From: a virus
Lineage: Duplodnaviria > Caudoviricetes
Virus record (IMG/VR): IMGVR_UViG_3300033145_000424
Location: 1 to 48,502 of that record
Length of the DNA: 48,502 nt
Reading direction: 5' to 3' (one strand)
Numbering within the stretch: position 1 is the first letter of the stretch; each line of letters begins with the position of its first letter. Made by a program: the position numbers and the translations under genes. Positions 17,384-27,027 of this stretch are shown here, piece after piece. The notes beneath the pieces were generated by a model, which saw nothing but the letters and a program-made list of their open reading frames with translations, was not told the DNA's origin and searched no databases.

Positions 17384-17518
17384 AGTGAAGGCCGCACAGA
17401 TAGTAGATTGTGCGGCCTAATGTGGGCAATAAGTTGCAGCCCACCTAGATTGAACAAACCGCAGCGACCTCGCTGTCAATTTGATTGCCCTTGTTAGACG
17501 GCGAGAACGGAGAAACTA

Positions 17519-17770
17519 ATGTTTGCAAAACTATATGAAACAGAAATTGGACAGATTCTAGTTAAGAGAGATGAGGGGGATGATGGGCCAGAGATGAGGC
17601 TTTTCTTTAAACCGGAAAAGTTAGGTGTGTGTTCATTTGCTTTTTCATACTCAGATGATGATGAAGGTTGGGATAAGCTGGACAAAGCATTTGACGACAT
17701 GAATGAAAAAGATGCCACAGAGATGACAAAAAACATCTTTAGTAACGTTACTCAGAAGACTTTTGAATAA
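17519..17770 (+). CDS. Cassette hypothetical protein
   Basis: GGAG RBS; between attC sites. Confidence 0.7.
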   Translation: MFAKLYETEIGQILVKRDEGDDGPEMRLFFKPEKLGVCSFAFSYSDDDEGWDKLDKAFDDMNEKDATEMTKNIFSNVTQKTFE

Positions 17771-17891
17771 GAGCCGCCTAACGTGAAAATAACCTGGCAC
17801 GTATAGATGACTGGGCAAAACGCGGTGACGGAATGCTCAGGTTGATTTTGCTTGTTAGGCGATTTGATGAACCGAAAACTAGGAGATTAAA

Positions 17892-18323
17892 ATGGGAATG
17901 GTATTTACTGTTGATGAGATTAAACACTATCTTGGTGGCCACAAAACTATAGAGGCCGCTATTGATAACATAAGTGGGCAAGCTATTGCTTCATGTATCC
18001 CTATTACAAATGTTGACAGCCTGAACTTCAAGAAAAACGATGCCAATTTAGAGAAATATGAAACGATGATTGGTATGAGCAAACAAAAGAGCTATCAGCG
18101 CACCTTGCACCAGAAAAGCGGAGGCAAAGAAGGGCGGAAATGGATGGCGTTATCCCCAAAATGGATTGATGGCCATAAGCTAGAAACAGAGTTTGAGATT
18201 GCATATTGGGTAAATTATGGGGATGACAATACCTACGGTTGGTTTTCTGTTGAGCAGATTCAACAATGGTTTGCCAACCCTGGAATACAGCTACACGAGC
18301 TTGGTGGCAGAAAAGAACGGTAG
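17892..18323 (+). CDS. Cassette hypothetical protein
   Basis: AGGAG RBS; between attC sites. Confidence 0.7.
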   Translation: MGMVFTVDEIKHYLGGHKTIEAAIDNISGQAIASCIPITNVDSLNFKKNDANLEKYETMIGMSKQKSYQRTLHQKSGGKEGRKWMALSPKWIDGHKLETEFEIAYWVNYGDDNTYGWFSVEQIQQWFANPGIQLHELGGRKER

Positions 18324-18414
18324 AAGCCTAATGTGGCGCTTAACCTGCGCGAGCGCAGCGAGTGTCAGCGTTGAAGCGCATTGTTAGGCCGAACCTACAC
18401 AGGACTATAAAACT

Positions 18415-19131
18415 ATGACAACAAGACTATTACAAGGCGATTGCCTAGAACGCATGAAAGAGATAGAAAGCGGCACCGTTGATATGGTGCTGGCTGACCC
18501 GCCTTACGGCACTACATCGTGCAAATGGGATAGCGTGATACCGCTGGAACCAATGTGGGAACAGCTAAAAAGGGTGGTTAAGCCCAATGGTGCTATCGTA
18601 ATGACGGCAAGCCAACCATTTACCACTACACTGATAAGCAGTAATTTGAAGATGTTTAAATATTGCTGGGTATGGGAGAAGAGCAAGGCAACAGGGCATG
18701 CGCTATGCAAAAAAAGACCGATGAAGGCGCATGAGGATATAGCTATATTTTGCGGCGGTGCGGAACCATACGAGCCACAAATGACGGAAGGCAAAGCCTA
18801 TAAGTCAAAGCTAGGGAGAAAGGAAAGCACGGAGTTCAGCACGGGAAAAGAGCGGAATGATAACACTGGCTATAGATACCCAAGGAGCGTGCAATATTTC
18901 AAAACCAGCGAGTCAGAGCGAAACACCCACCGGCACCCAACACAGAAGCCATTACCACTAATGGAATACCTGATCAGAACTTACACGGACGAGTGTGAAA
19001 CGGTGCTAGATTTCACAATGGGAAGCGGAACTACGGGCGTAGCCTGCAAGAATCTAAACCGACACTTTATTGGAATAGAACTCGATGAAGCATACTTTAA
19101 GATTGCACAGGATAGGATTAGTGCGGCCTAA
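18415..19131 (+). CDS. N4/N6 DNA methyltransferase (beta class), cassette-borne
   Basis: DPPY, HPTQKP, DFTMGSGTT. Confidence 0.92.
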   Translation: MTTRLLQGDCLERMKEIESGTVDMVLADPPYGTTSCKWDSVIPLEPMWEQLKRVVKPNGAIVMTASQPFTTTLISSNLKMFKYCWVWEKSKATGHALCKKRPMKAHEDIAIFCGGAEPYEPQMTEGKAYKSKLGRKESTEFSTGKERNDNTGYRYPRSVQYFKTSESERNTHRHPTQKPLPLMEYLIRTYTDECETVLDFTMGSGTTGVACKNLNRHFIGIELDEAYFKIAQDRISAA

Positions 19132-19175
19132 CGATTGAGTTAACCAGCTTGCGGGAATTAAAGGAGTATGCCAAA

Positions 19176-19436
19176 ATGAAACACAGTAGTGGATGCAGCG
19201 AATTTTTGGATGAAAAGCACCACTGTAGCAAGTCTGCGTTGGACGACTTGTTAGTTGTTTACTCGGTGCTTATTTGTGACTGCATATTTGAATCGAGCTT
19301 TGCAACCGTTAGCTTACACCGCACTAAGCGCGGAGCAGTAAAGGCGATGAACAGGCTTAAAAAAGAATACTTTTACGATTACCCTTTTTATGACTACATG
19401 CGCCTGAGATACGGCAAGCAAGAAATAGGAGAGTGA
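19176..19436 (+). CDS. Cassette hypothetical protein starting inside attC
   Basis: AAGGAG and ATG within the attC loop. Confidence 0.55.
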   Translation: MKHSSGCSEFLDEKHHCSKSALDDLLVVYSVLICDCIFESSFATVSLHRTKRGAVKAMNRLKKEYFYDYPFYDYMRLRYGKQEIGE

Positions 19437-19651
19437 ATATGGAAACATTAGGCGACCGGCTTAGAGTGTATAGAACTAAAGCAGGACTTACGCAGGATAA
19501 ATTAGGTGAATTATCTGGCTCTAACCAGGCATGTATTCAGAAGATAGAAAACGGACGCTCTGAGAACCCACGCTGCCTTAGGGATATTAGCAAAGTGCTT
19601 GGTGTGCGCCCAGGGTGGCTGCATTATGGTGAAGGTGAGGCAGACAACTAA
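19433..19651 (+). CDS. XRE/Cro-family HTH regulator, cassette-borne
   Basis: LGDRLRVYR..AGLTQDKL...IQKIENG...LGVRPGWL. Confidence 0.88.
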   Translation: MNMETLGDRLRVYRTKAGLTQDKLGELSGSNQACIQKIENGRSENPRCLRDISKVLGVRPGWLHYGEGEADN

Positions 19652-19737
19652 CAGGGGATAGACAGCTATGTGCTATCTATTTCCACCCATGCAACATGAA
19701 ATGCAGCACATCGCCGTCTAATCACAATTAGGAAATT

Positions 19738-21705
19738 ATGCTACAAGAACTCTTGCAAGCAGTTGATGGCCTCGATGAAGCAGGAAAAGAGGTGGTTAAT
19801 GCTGCCCTTAAAGAAACAGAGGATATGCGGTGGGTGCCAAACCCCGGGCCGCAGACTGAGGCGTTCTTCTGTGAGGCGGATGAATTGTTCTACGGGGGGT
19901 GTGTGTCTGGGGACACTGAATATTACACCCGGGCAGGCTGGAAACGGATAGATCAATTCGACGGGAAGGGCGAGATAGCTCAGTGGCATAAGGAAGGAGG
20001 CCATTTCACATTCGTAGAGCCATCAGGGTTCACAAAAGAGCCCTGTGCTGAAATGTGGCACTTTACAGGCTCAAAAGTATCAATGATGCTATCAGATGAG
20101 CATAGGATGGCGCTGTATGATGCGGATGGTGGGTTCATAGTAAAAACCGCAGCAGAAGTTGCTGGAACACACTGTGCTTACTCAGTGCCAACTACTACGG
20201 ATAACGAGGGGCTTGATGGCGTTGAGGTTTATAGAAAGCCAGTAGTGGCTAAATATTGCTTTAAAGTACAAACATCGTTCTGGTTGGCGAGGCATAACGG
20301 GTTTGTATTTGTAACCGGGAACTCTGCTGGAGGAGGAAAGTCGTCACTGGCCGTGGGTCTTGCTCTGATCTCGCATGAGAACTCTCTAATCTTGAGGCGG
20401 ATACGCGATGACGCAAAGAAGCTGGCGGAAAAAGAGCTGCTAAACCGCATATTAGGAGGGGATCGAAACGGGTGGAATGGGCAGGATCTGCTTTATAGGG
20501 GTGACAAGCAACGGATAATGTTTGGTGGCTGCGCCAATGAGGATGATAAGCAAAGATATAAAGGCGACCCAAACGACCTGATTGTATTCGATGAATTGGG
20601 TGATTTCATGGAGTCGCAGTATGAGTTTATAACGGGGTGGAATCGCTCAGCTACGCCGGGACAGCGCTGTAGGGTAGTTGCTACTGGCAATCCGCCAACA
20701 ACAGCAGAGGGCCTGTGGGTGATCAGTCGGTTTGCCCCTTGGCTTGATCCAAAGCACGAAAACCCAGCAAAATCAGGTGAGATTAGATGGTTTCTGCGAG
20801 ATGAGGCGGGCGAGGAAAAGGAGGTTGAAAGTGCTGGTCCATATCAGTGTGGAGATAGAGAGGTTTATGCCAAGTCACGTTGCTTCATAAGAGCTAAGCT
20901 AGAGGATAATCCAGACTTGATGGATGATGGCCAGTATGAAACAAACCTGAATAATATGAGGAAAGATCTTCGGGACGCGTATCGAGACGGAAAGTTTGAA
21001 GCATCAATGAATGACCATGAAAACCAGTTAATCCCAACAGAATGGGTGCTGGCAGCGCAGAATAGATGGGCGCCAGAGCCGCCAGCTAATGTGCCGATGT
21101 GTTCAATCGGCGTTGATGTTGGAGCTGGCAATGACCCGCATGCGATAACCCAGAGGTTTGATAACTGGTTTAGTAAGCCTGAACTAGTTGAAAGCGAGCC
21201 AATAGAGCATGGCGGAGACTGCGCAGGCAAAGTATTAGCGAGGCGAAGAGATAATGCGGTTATTATTATTGATTGCGGGGGTGGGTTTGGTGGTTCTGCC
21301 TACAAGCATTTTGTTGATAATCATATACCTGCTATAGCTTATAAGGGTGGCAAAGGAACAAAAGAGCGAACAAAGCACGCTCATATCCCATTCAAGAACA
21401 CACGCACTGCATCACACTGGAAGCTGATGGAGGCGTTAGACCCTGATCAGCCAGGTGGGTCTAACATTGCGTTAGCTCCAGGCAATACGATGCTGGCTGA
21501 GCTAACTGCCATAAGGTTCTATAATAAAAACAATATGATACAATTAGAAGACAAGGAATCAGCAAAGAAACGTACAGGATTAGGGTTTCATGAGTCAGAC
21601 TCTTTGGTCATGGCTCATAGTTCGGGCAACACGGTTGCCAATATACAGGGCGGTTGGGGGCGGAGCCGCACACCTAAGGTCATCATGCACAAAAGGAGAA
21701 GATAA
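19738..21705 (+). CDS. terL: Terminase large subunit containing an intein
   Basis: After intein removal FYGGSAGGGKS (Walker A), IVFDE (Walker B), ATGNPP, IGVDV nuclease motif. Confidence 0.93.
   Translation: MLQELLQAVDGLDEAGKEVVNAALKETEDMRWVPNPGPQTEAFFCEADELFYGGCVSGDTEYYTRAGWKRIDQFDGKGEIAQWHKEGGHFTFVEPSGFTKEPCAEMWHFTGSKVSMMLSDEHRMALYDADGGFIVKTAAEVAGTHCAYSVPTTTDNEGLDGVEVYRKPVVAKYCFKVQTSFWLARHNGFVFVTGNSAGGGKSSLAVGLALISHENSLILRRIRDDAKKLAEKELLNRILGGDRNGWNGQDLLYRGDKQRIMFGGCANEDDKQRYKGDPNDLIVFDELGDFMESQYEFITGWNRSATPGQRCRVVATGNPPTTAEGLWVISRFAPWLDPKHENPAKSGEIRWFLRDEAGEEKEVESAGPYQCGDREVYAKSRCFIRAKLEDNPDLMDDGQYETNLNNMRKDLRDAYRDGKFEASMNDHENQLIPTEWVLAAQNRWAPEPPANVPMCSIGVDVGAGNDPHAITQRFDNWFSKPELVESEPIEHGGDCAGKVLARRRDNAVIIIDCGGGFGGSAYKHFVDNHIPAIAYKGGKGTKERTKHAHIPFKNTRTASHWKLMEALDPDQPGGSNIALAPGNTMLAELTAIRFYNKNNMIQLEDKESAKKRTGLGFHESDSLVMAHSSGNTVANIQGGWGRSRTPKVIMHKRRR
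19900..20322 (+). other. Mini-intein (141 aa) inserted in the TerL Walker A motif
   Basis: Starts CVSGDTEYYT; block B SDEHRM; ends YCFKV...FVTGN followed by Ser. Confidence 0.9.
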
Positions 21706-21887
21706 TGGGCGGAATATTCGGTGGATCAAAACCTAAGCCACCACCTAAGCCTATACCCCCAAAGGTCATACCGCAGCCTGATGAGGCTGCTGCCAAGAAA
21801 GCAAAGAAGAAGGATATTTCACGCACCATGCAAAGAGCTGGTCGGGCAAGTACTTTTCTTAGCGAGGGTCAAGGGCTGGGCGGATAA
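21705..21887 (+). CDS. Small Pro/Lys-rich protein preceding the portal
   Basis: MGGIFGGSKPKPPP...GRASTFLS...LGG, typical of BPP-1-like phages. Confidence 0.7.
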   Translation: MGGIFGGSKPKPPPKPIPPKVIPQPDEAAAKKAKKKDISRTMQRAGRASTFLSEGQGLGG

Positions 21888-23473
21888 TGGAACCTGCAGT
21901 AAGATCAATAGTCGACCAAGGAAACCAACTGTTTGGTAAACGGGGTCAGCTACATAGCTTATGGCAGACGACCGCTGAGAACTTCTACCCAGAGCGTGCT
22001 GATTTCACAGTTCAGCGAAGCCTGGGAGATGAGTTGGCGTCTAATCTCTATTCATCATATCCAATCTTAGCGAGACGCGATTTAGGTAACTCTCTGTCAT
22101 CTATGCTGCGCCGTGATAACTGGTTCAATATCCGCACAGATAGTGGTGAGGAAAAGACGGCGGGGCTTCAGTGGCTGGATAGGGCGACGGAGGTTCAACG
22201 CAATCTTATGTACGCGCGAGGCTCTGGCTTTGTGCGTTCGACCAAAGAGGGAGATCATGACTTTGCAGCATTTGGCCAGGCAGCTCTTTCTGTAGAGCTT
22301 AACAAGCAAAGAAGCGGGCTTCTGTATCGGTGCTGGCACCTGAAAGATGTTGCCTGGACAGATGATGATGCTGGAGAAACCCAGTGTATTCACCGTAACT
22401 GGAAGCCTTCTGCAGTTAACCTGAAGTCTGTATTCAAAGACAAAGTAAGCCCAAAGCTACAAAAGATCATTGATAAAAACCCCAATGCTCAGATCAAGTG
22501 CAGACACATAGTTGTACCTGCTGAAATGTATAACGGTCTAGAGGATGTTGGCACGTCTCCTTATGTGTCTATCCACATAGACGTGCAGCATGATCACGTT
22601 ATGGAGATAACTGGGCTAAGAAACAAGATGTACATCATTCCTCGGTGGCAGACGGTTTCAGGCTCTCAGTATGCCTATTCTCCAGCCACTGTTGCTGCCT
22701 TGCCTGATGGCAGGCTGCTGCAAGCCATGACAATGACCTTGCTAGAAGCTGGGCAGAAGTTCACAAACCCACCCATGCTGGCAGTTCAAGACGCCTTAAG
22801 GTCTGATATCGATATTGTTGAGGGCGGCATTACCTGGATTGATGCAAAGTACGATGAGCGGCTAGGAGAGGTTCTTAGGCCGTTAACTCAGAATTTATCA
22901 GGCATGCCATTAGGTCTAGAGATGCAAGCTGATGTAAGGGCGCAGATTGCCGATGCATTCTTTCTCACAAAGCTCAATCTTCCTTTAGAGGGAGATATGA
23001 CAGCATTTGAAGTCTCAAAGAGAATGGATGAGTTTGTCAGGCACACACTGCCTCTTTTTGAGCCAATGGAGACTGAGTACAACGGCCAATTATGCGAAAT
23101 GACATTTGATCTATTGATGGATGTAGGTGCATTTGGCTCTCCTTACGATATTCCAGAAGAGCTGCGAGGCCAGAAAGAGAAGTTCAAGTTTAACTCACCA
23201 ATCCAAGAGGCCGCTGATCGAGATAAAGGCCAGAAGTTCTTAGAGATGAAAGGCCTGTTGCGAGAGGCAATGGAGATTGATCCACTGTCAGTTGCCCATA
23301 TCAATATTGATGATTCATTCCATGATGCGCTAACCGGAACAGGTATTCCTGCTGATTGGCTTTATGACGAGAAAGAAGTGGCACAAGGCAAGGAACAACT
23401 GCAGCAGCAGAAAATGGCATCGCAAGTTGCTAATGCTGCTTTAGAGGGCAAGATTCAACCACCAGCACAGTAG
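21887..23473 (+). CDS. Portal (head-tail connector)
   Basis: FYPERADF, YIIPRW, NPPM, MTAFEV..R motifs; 528 aa. Confidence 0.9.
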   Translation: MEPAVRSIVDQGNQLFGKRGQLHSLWQTTAENFYPERADFTVQRSLGDELASNLYSSYPILARRDLGNSLSSMLRRDNWFNIRTDSGEEKTAGLQWLDRATEVQRNLMYARGSGFVRSTKEGDHDFAAFGQAALSVELNKQRSGLLYRCWHLKDVAWTDDDAGETQCIHRNWKPSAVNLKSVFKDKVSPKLQKIIDKNPNAQIKCRHIVVPAEMYNGLEDVGTSPYVSIHIDVQHDHVMEITGLRNKMYIIPRWQTVSGSQYAYSPATVAALPDGRLLQAMTMTLLEAGQKFTNPPMLAVQDALRSDIDIVEGGITWIDAKYDERLGEVLRPLTQNLSGMPLGLEMQADVRAQIADAFFLTKLNLPLEGDMTAFEVSKRMDEFVRHTLPLFEPMETEYNGQLCEMTFDLLMDVGAFGSPYDIPEELRGQKEKFKFNSPIQEAADRDKGQKFLEMKGLLREAMEIDPLSVAHINIDDSFHDALTGTGIPADWLYDEKEVAQGKEQLQQQKMASQVANAALEGKIQPPAQ

Positions 23474-23485
23474 AGAGGCGAAAGG

Positions 23486-23779
23486 ATGAGTATAAGCAGA
23501 AGAGCGTTCTGTGCGGCATTGCTAGCCGCGCCTATTGTCGTGAAAGCAATGGGAATTGAGTCACTAGTAGATTCAATAACCCCTGGCATGGTAAGCCACA
23601 GTATTGGGTACAACAAGGAAGAAGATTTCACGTGGCTAAGGACGACCGTGTTGTTGCCAGATGGGCGGGAATTCCATGATCTATCTCAAAAGACAGGCAA
23701 TTGCCTAGCTGATCCAGCAATGCTGTTCATGTGTAGCGAGGAAGCAAGACGGCGGTATATGGAAAAATTCACAGGGTGA
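23486..23779 (+). CDS. Twin-arginine-signal-like small protein
   Basis: MSISRRAFCAALLAAP. Confidence 0.55.
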   Translation: MSISRRAFCAALLAAPIVVKAMGIESLVDSITPGMVSHSIGYNKEEDFTWLRTTVLLPDGREFHDLSQKTGNCLADPAMLFMCSEEARRRYMEKFTG

Positions 23780-24060
23780 ATATGAATACCCCAAAAGAAA
23801 ACCCAATAGAGCCGCCTGATCATAAAATAGCTGATGTTGTAGCTATCCAAGATGTAATGGACGGCAAGGCTAATGAGCAGCAGCAAGTCAGGGCCATGAA
23901 GTACATCATAGAGGTCCTGTGTGGCACATATGACTTTGCATTCAGGCCAGACCAAAGATTGACAGACGTTGCTTTAGGAAAGCAGTTTGTAGGAAAGCAG
24001 CTTGTAACCATGATCAAGCTGAATAGAGAGTATCTTAAACAGAAAGAGGCGAAAAAATGA
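23776..24060 (+). CDS. Bbp19-like protein
   Basis: Position after the portal; LCGTYD.AF...GKQFVG. Confidence 0.55.
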   Translation: MNMNTPKENPIEPPDHKIADVVAIQDVMDGKANEQQQVRAMKYIIEVLCGTYDFAFRPDQRLTDVALGKQFVGKQLVTMIKLNREYLKQKEAKK

Positions 24061-24977
24061 CTGAAGAATCAACAGAGGCGACCGAGACAACAGAAACTAC
24101 GCAGGAAACCACAACAGACAGCACTACTGAAACCACGCAAGAGACTGCCCAGGAGACCACTCAAGAAACAGCGCAGGCAGTAACAGAGCTGCCTGAGAAC
24201 TGGCGCAGCCTAATGGCCGGTGACAATGAGAAGGGATTGAAACTGCTTGGTCGGTACAATACCCCATCTGAAGCACTGCAGGGCATGCAGGACTTTCAAA
24301 CCAAGGCAAGAAATGGCGAGAAGATTGAGCTGCCTGAGAACCCTACTGATGAAGATAAGGCGCAGTGGCGAGAGGATAACGGTATCCCTGCTACTCCTGC
24401 TGATTATGAGCTGAGTCTAGATGAGGGGCTTATCCCCGGCGAAGCTGACAAACCCATCCTAGATCATTACATCACGGCTATGCATGCGGAAAACGCTACT
24501 CCAGAGCAGGTTAATGCTGGTGTGAATGCTTACTATCAGATGGAGGCACAGGCGCAGCTGGATAGAGAAACGCAGGACAAGTCAGATGCAACCAATGCTA
24601 TCGATACCTTGAGAGATGCCTGGGGTAATGACTACCGAAGCAACGAGAATGCTGTCCATAGCTACATGTCTTTGATGCCAGAAGGCCTGCGTGAAAACAT
24701 GGCTTCCGCTCGTTTGGCTGATGGCACTTGCTTAATGAATAGCCCAGAGATGCTAGCTTTCATGTCTGATCAGTCACGCAAGCTCAACCCTGCAGCTACG
24801 GTTGTTCCAAACTCTAAAGATCCTGTAGCTGATGTACAAACTCGCAAGGGTGAATTGCAAGCAATGATGGCCAACCGTAATAGCCCATATAATCGAGGCC
24901 CGCAGAAGGCGGCTTTAAGACAGGAATACAGAGAGCTGATAGATGCTGAAACAGCTCTAAGTAAGCAAGGGCGCTAG
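24057..24977 (+). CDS. Capsid scaffolding protein
   Basis: Acidic T/E/Q-repeat N-terminus; GIPATPADY; LRDAWGNDY; lies before the capsid gene. Confidence 0.75.
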   Translation: MTEESTEATETTETTQETTTDSTTETTQETAQETTQETAQAVTELPENWRSLMAGDNEKGLKLLGRYNTPSEALQGMQDFQTKARNGEKIELPENPTDEDKAQWREDNGIPATPADYELSLDEGLIPGEADKPILDHYITAMHAENATPEQVNAGVNAYYQMEAQAQLDRETQDKSDATNAIDTLRDAWGNDYRSNENAVHSYMSLMPEGLRENMASARLADGTCLMNSPEMLAFMSDQSRKLNPAATVVPNSKDPVADVQTRKGELQAMMANRNSPYNRGPQKAALRQEYRELIDAETALSKQGR

Positions 24978-25127
24978 TATTTCTTAAATAGCGGGGCTAT
25001 AATCTGAACATCACAAAGCGACCCTGTGTGTTTAGGTTCTGGCCCCGCAGCTAGGCTACCCGGTAAACTCAACAGATGGCTACTCGTAAGTGTAAGGATA
25101 TTTTTACTTACTTTTAGGAGAGTCATA

Positions 25128-25979
25128 ATGACTGTCGCTGCTGCACAAATCCAATATCGTGATGAATATATTCACGGTTTTGAAGCACGCCAATCGCTAC
25201 TCCGAGACTCAGTAACTACAGAAGCGCAGATCAAAGGTAATTCTGCTGTATTCTTGGTTGCTGACTCCGGTGGAGCAACTACTACAACCCGTGGCCAGAA
25301 TGGCAAAATCCCTGCGCGCACGGATAACAACACTCAAAACACCTGCACCCTGACTGAAGAGCATGATCTAGTCCAAAAGACTGGGTTTGACATCTTCGCG
25401 TCTCAGGGCGATCAAAATCAGATCATGCAGAACACCTCTATGGGTGTTGTTAATCGCAAGATTGATGATCAGATTATCGTTGAACTGAACACCGGCACCA
25501 TTAATACTGGCGCTGCCGCTGTCGCTACTGTGCGACTGTTCTCAAAAGTCATGACCACTCTAGGGAATGCAGAAGTTCCTCAAGATGGCATGATCTGCAA
25601 CCTGATTACCCCCGGCTGTTTAGCTTACCTTACTGAATTGGCGGCTTTTGCTAGTGCTGACTATGTAAGTCGCAGGCCTATGGAGACTGGTGAGGCTCAA
25701 TGGTCTGATCAGCAGCCCGGATATTACGTTTGGATGGGCATGAAGTTCATTGTTCACCCTAACCTGCCTGGGGTTGGAACTAACGCTGAGAAGTGTTTTT
25801 CATACCACGAGAATGCAATCGGGCATGCCATGAACATTCAGGGCATTGATACAGCTATCGGATATGATGAAGAGCAGAATTATTCATATGCTCGGGCGTC
25901 ATTCTTCGGTGGCGCTAAACTGCTACAGAACAGCGGTGTTGTGGTTGTTAATCACGACGCATCTGCTCTACAGCTTTAA
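25128..25979 (+). CDS. Major capsid protein
   Basis: AGGAG RBS before MTVAAAQ; RQSLLR, NRKIDDQII, WMGMKFIVH, AIGHA. Confidence 0.85.
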   Translation: MTVAAAQIQYRDEYIHGFEARQSLLRDSVTTEAQIKGNSAVFLVADSGGATTTTRGQNGKIPARTDNNTQNTCTLTEEHDLVQKTGFDIFASQGDQNQIMQNTSMGVVNRKIDDQIIVELNTGTINTGAAAVATVRLFSKVMTTLGNAEVPQDGMICNLITPGCLAYLTELAAFASADYVSRRPMETGEAQWSDQQPGYYVWMGMKFIVHPNLPGVGTNAEKCFSYHENAIGHAMNIQGIDTAIGYDEEQNYSYARASFFGGAKLLQNSGVVVVNHDASALQL

Positions 25980-25994
25980 TAGGAGGTTAGGAGA

Positions 25995-26549
25995 ATGGCA
26001 TATTCTACTGGCAACCCTCCTTCTCTTGTATCGCAGCAGCTTGGCGGTACAGGTAAGGTCTGGTTGTATAAAGACGGTGATGACAAGGCGGCTGTAACTG
26101 CCGCTGATTACTTCTCAAATGGTGATGCCTTGGGCATGGCTGCAGGGGATGTAATCCATCACATTGACGAAACCAACGTGAAGGTAAACGATCTAGTCGT
26201 TAGTTCGGTAACTTCAGGTGGTGCAGCTACCGCAGATGATGCGATGGTTCAAGAGCTCACTGCTTCCGGTGCTGTAACGCCTGGTGTAATGTCGGTAGAG
26301 CTGAATCACGCGACAGTCGCTGTAGTTACAACCATTGCCACTTCGCTAGATCACCAGGGGTTTCTCGCAATAGTGAATACTTCAGCATCTGGCACAGCAG
26401 CTCACACTGTGACGCTGACGGCGGGCACATTCAATGGCACTAACAATGTTGCCACTTTGAATGCCCCTCTTGAGGCGCTGTTTGTGTGGATTGATAGCGC
26501 AGGTAACGGCACTATTGTCGAAAATGTAGGAACCGTAGGCCTCAGTTAA
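25995..26549 (+). CDS. Head decoration/minor capsid protein
   Basis: Directly after the capsid gene; YFSNG..LGM..GD. Confidence 0.55.
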   Translation: MAYSTGNPPSLVSQQLGGTGKVWLYKDGDDKAAVTAADYFSNGDALGMAAGDVIHHIDETNVKVNDLVVSSVTSGGAATADDAMVQELTASGAVTPGVMSVELNHATVAVVTTIATSLDHQGFLAIVNTSASGTAAHTVTLTAGTFNGTNNVATLNAPLEALFVWIDSAGNGTIVENVGTVGLS

Positions 26550-26559
26550 GGCCAATCAT

Positions 26560-26579
26560 GGGAGGGCTTCGGCTCTCCC
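26560..26579 (+). terminator. Hairpin after head genes
   Basis: GGGAGGGC-TTCG-GCTCTCCC; weak U-tract. Confidence 0.5.
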
Positions 26580-26601
26580 TAACTAATTCAGAGGCGAAAA
26601 C

Positions 26602-27027
26602 ATGTTAACACTAGGGCAAATGACGCAGACAGAGTTCAGCAGAATGAGCTGGACAATTACGCTCGATGTCGGACAGAAGATGTCTAAGCTAGATGATCCT
26701 AATTACTGGGCGAACATAGCTCTAAAGCTAAGGCCTACCCACCAAATTTATGTCTTTAGCAATGACGGCACTGAGTACGCTGAATATGTAGTTCTACAAT
26801 GTTCCAGACTGTATGCAAAAGTTGGGCAAGTTAATTATAAAAACTTTGATGAGGTGGCCGACAATTTGGAAGATGAGGCCTGTGAGTATCATGTGGTCTG
26901 GAAAGGCCCGAATCGAAAGTTTGAGGTGATCCGTAAAGCTGATGATAGCGCGGTTAGTTCTGGGCATGAGTCGCGGGAGGACGGTATTACTTCGATGCAT
27001 GAATACCTCAAGGTGCTTGCAGCCTAA
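26602..27027 (+). CDS. Hypothetical virion-module protein
   Basis: ORF with GAGG RBS. Confidence 0.65.
   Translation: MLTLGQMTQTEFSRMSWTITLDVGQKMSKLDDPNYWANIALKLRPTHQIYVFSNDGTEYAEYVVLQCSRLYAKVGQVNYKNFDEVADNLEDEACEYHVVWKGPNRKFEVIRKADDSAVSSGHESREDGITSMHEYLKVLAA

Larger units (their letters stand above)
16114..19667 (-). mobile_element. Integron-like array C (7 cassettes) between terS and terL
   Basis: attC-like 16114-16202, 16453-16539, 16941-17004, 17415-17499, 17776-17860, 18326-18389, 19126-19256; attI-like 19646-19667. Confidence 0.87.

Noticed and set aside
20291-20298. GGCATAAC inside the intein as an attC core
   Set aside because: It lies in coding sequence and has no paired arm or downstream GTTRRRY
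24060-24180. T/E/Q tandem-like repeats in the scaffold gene (and Ala repeats at 30730-30860)
   Set aside because: Ordinary low-complexity protein sequence
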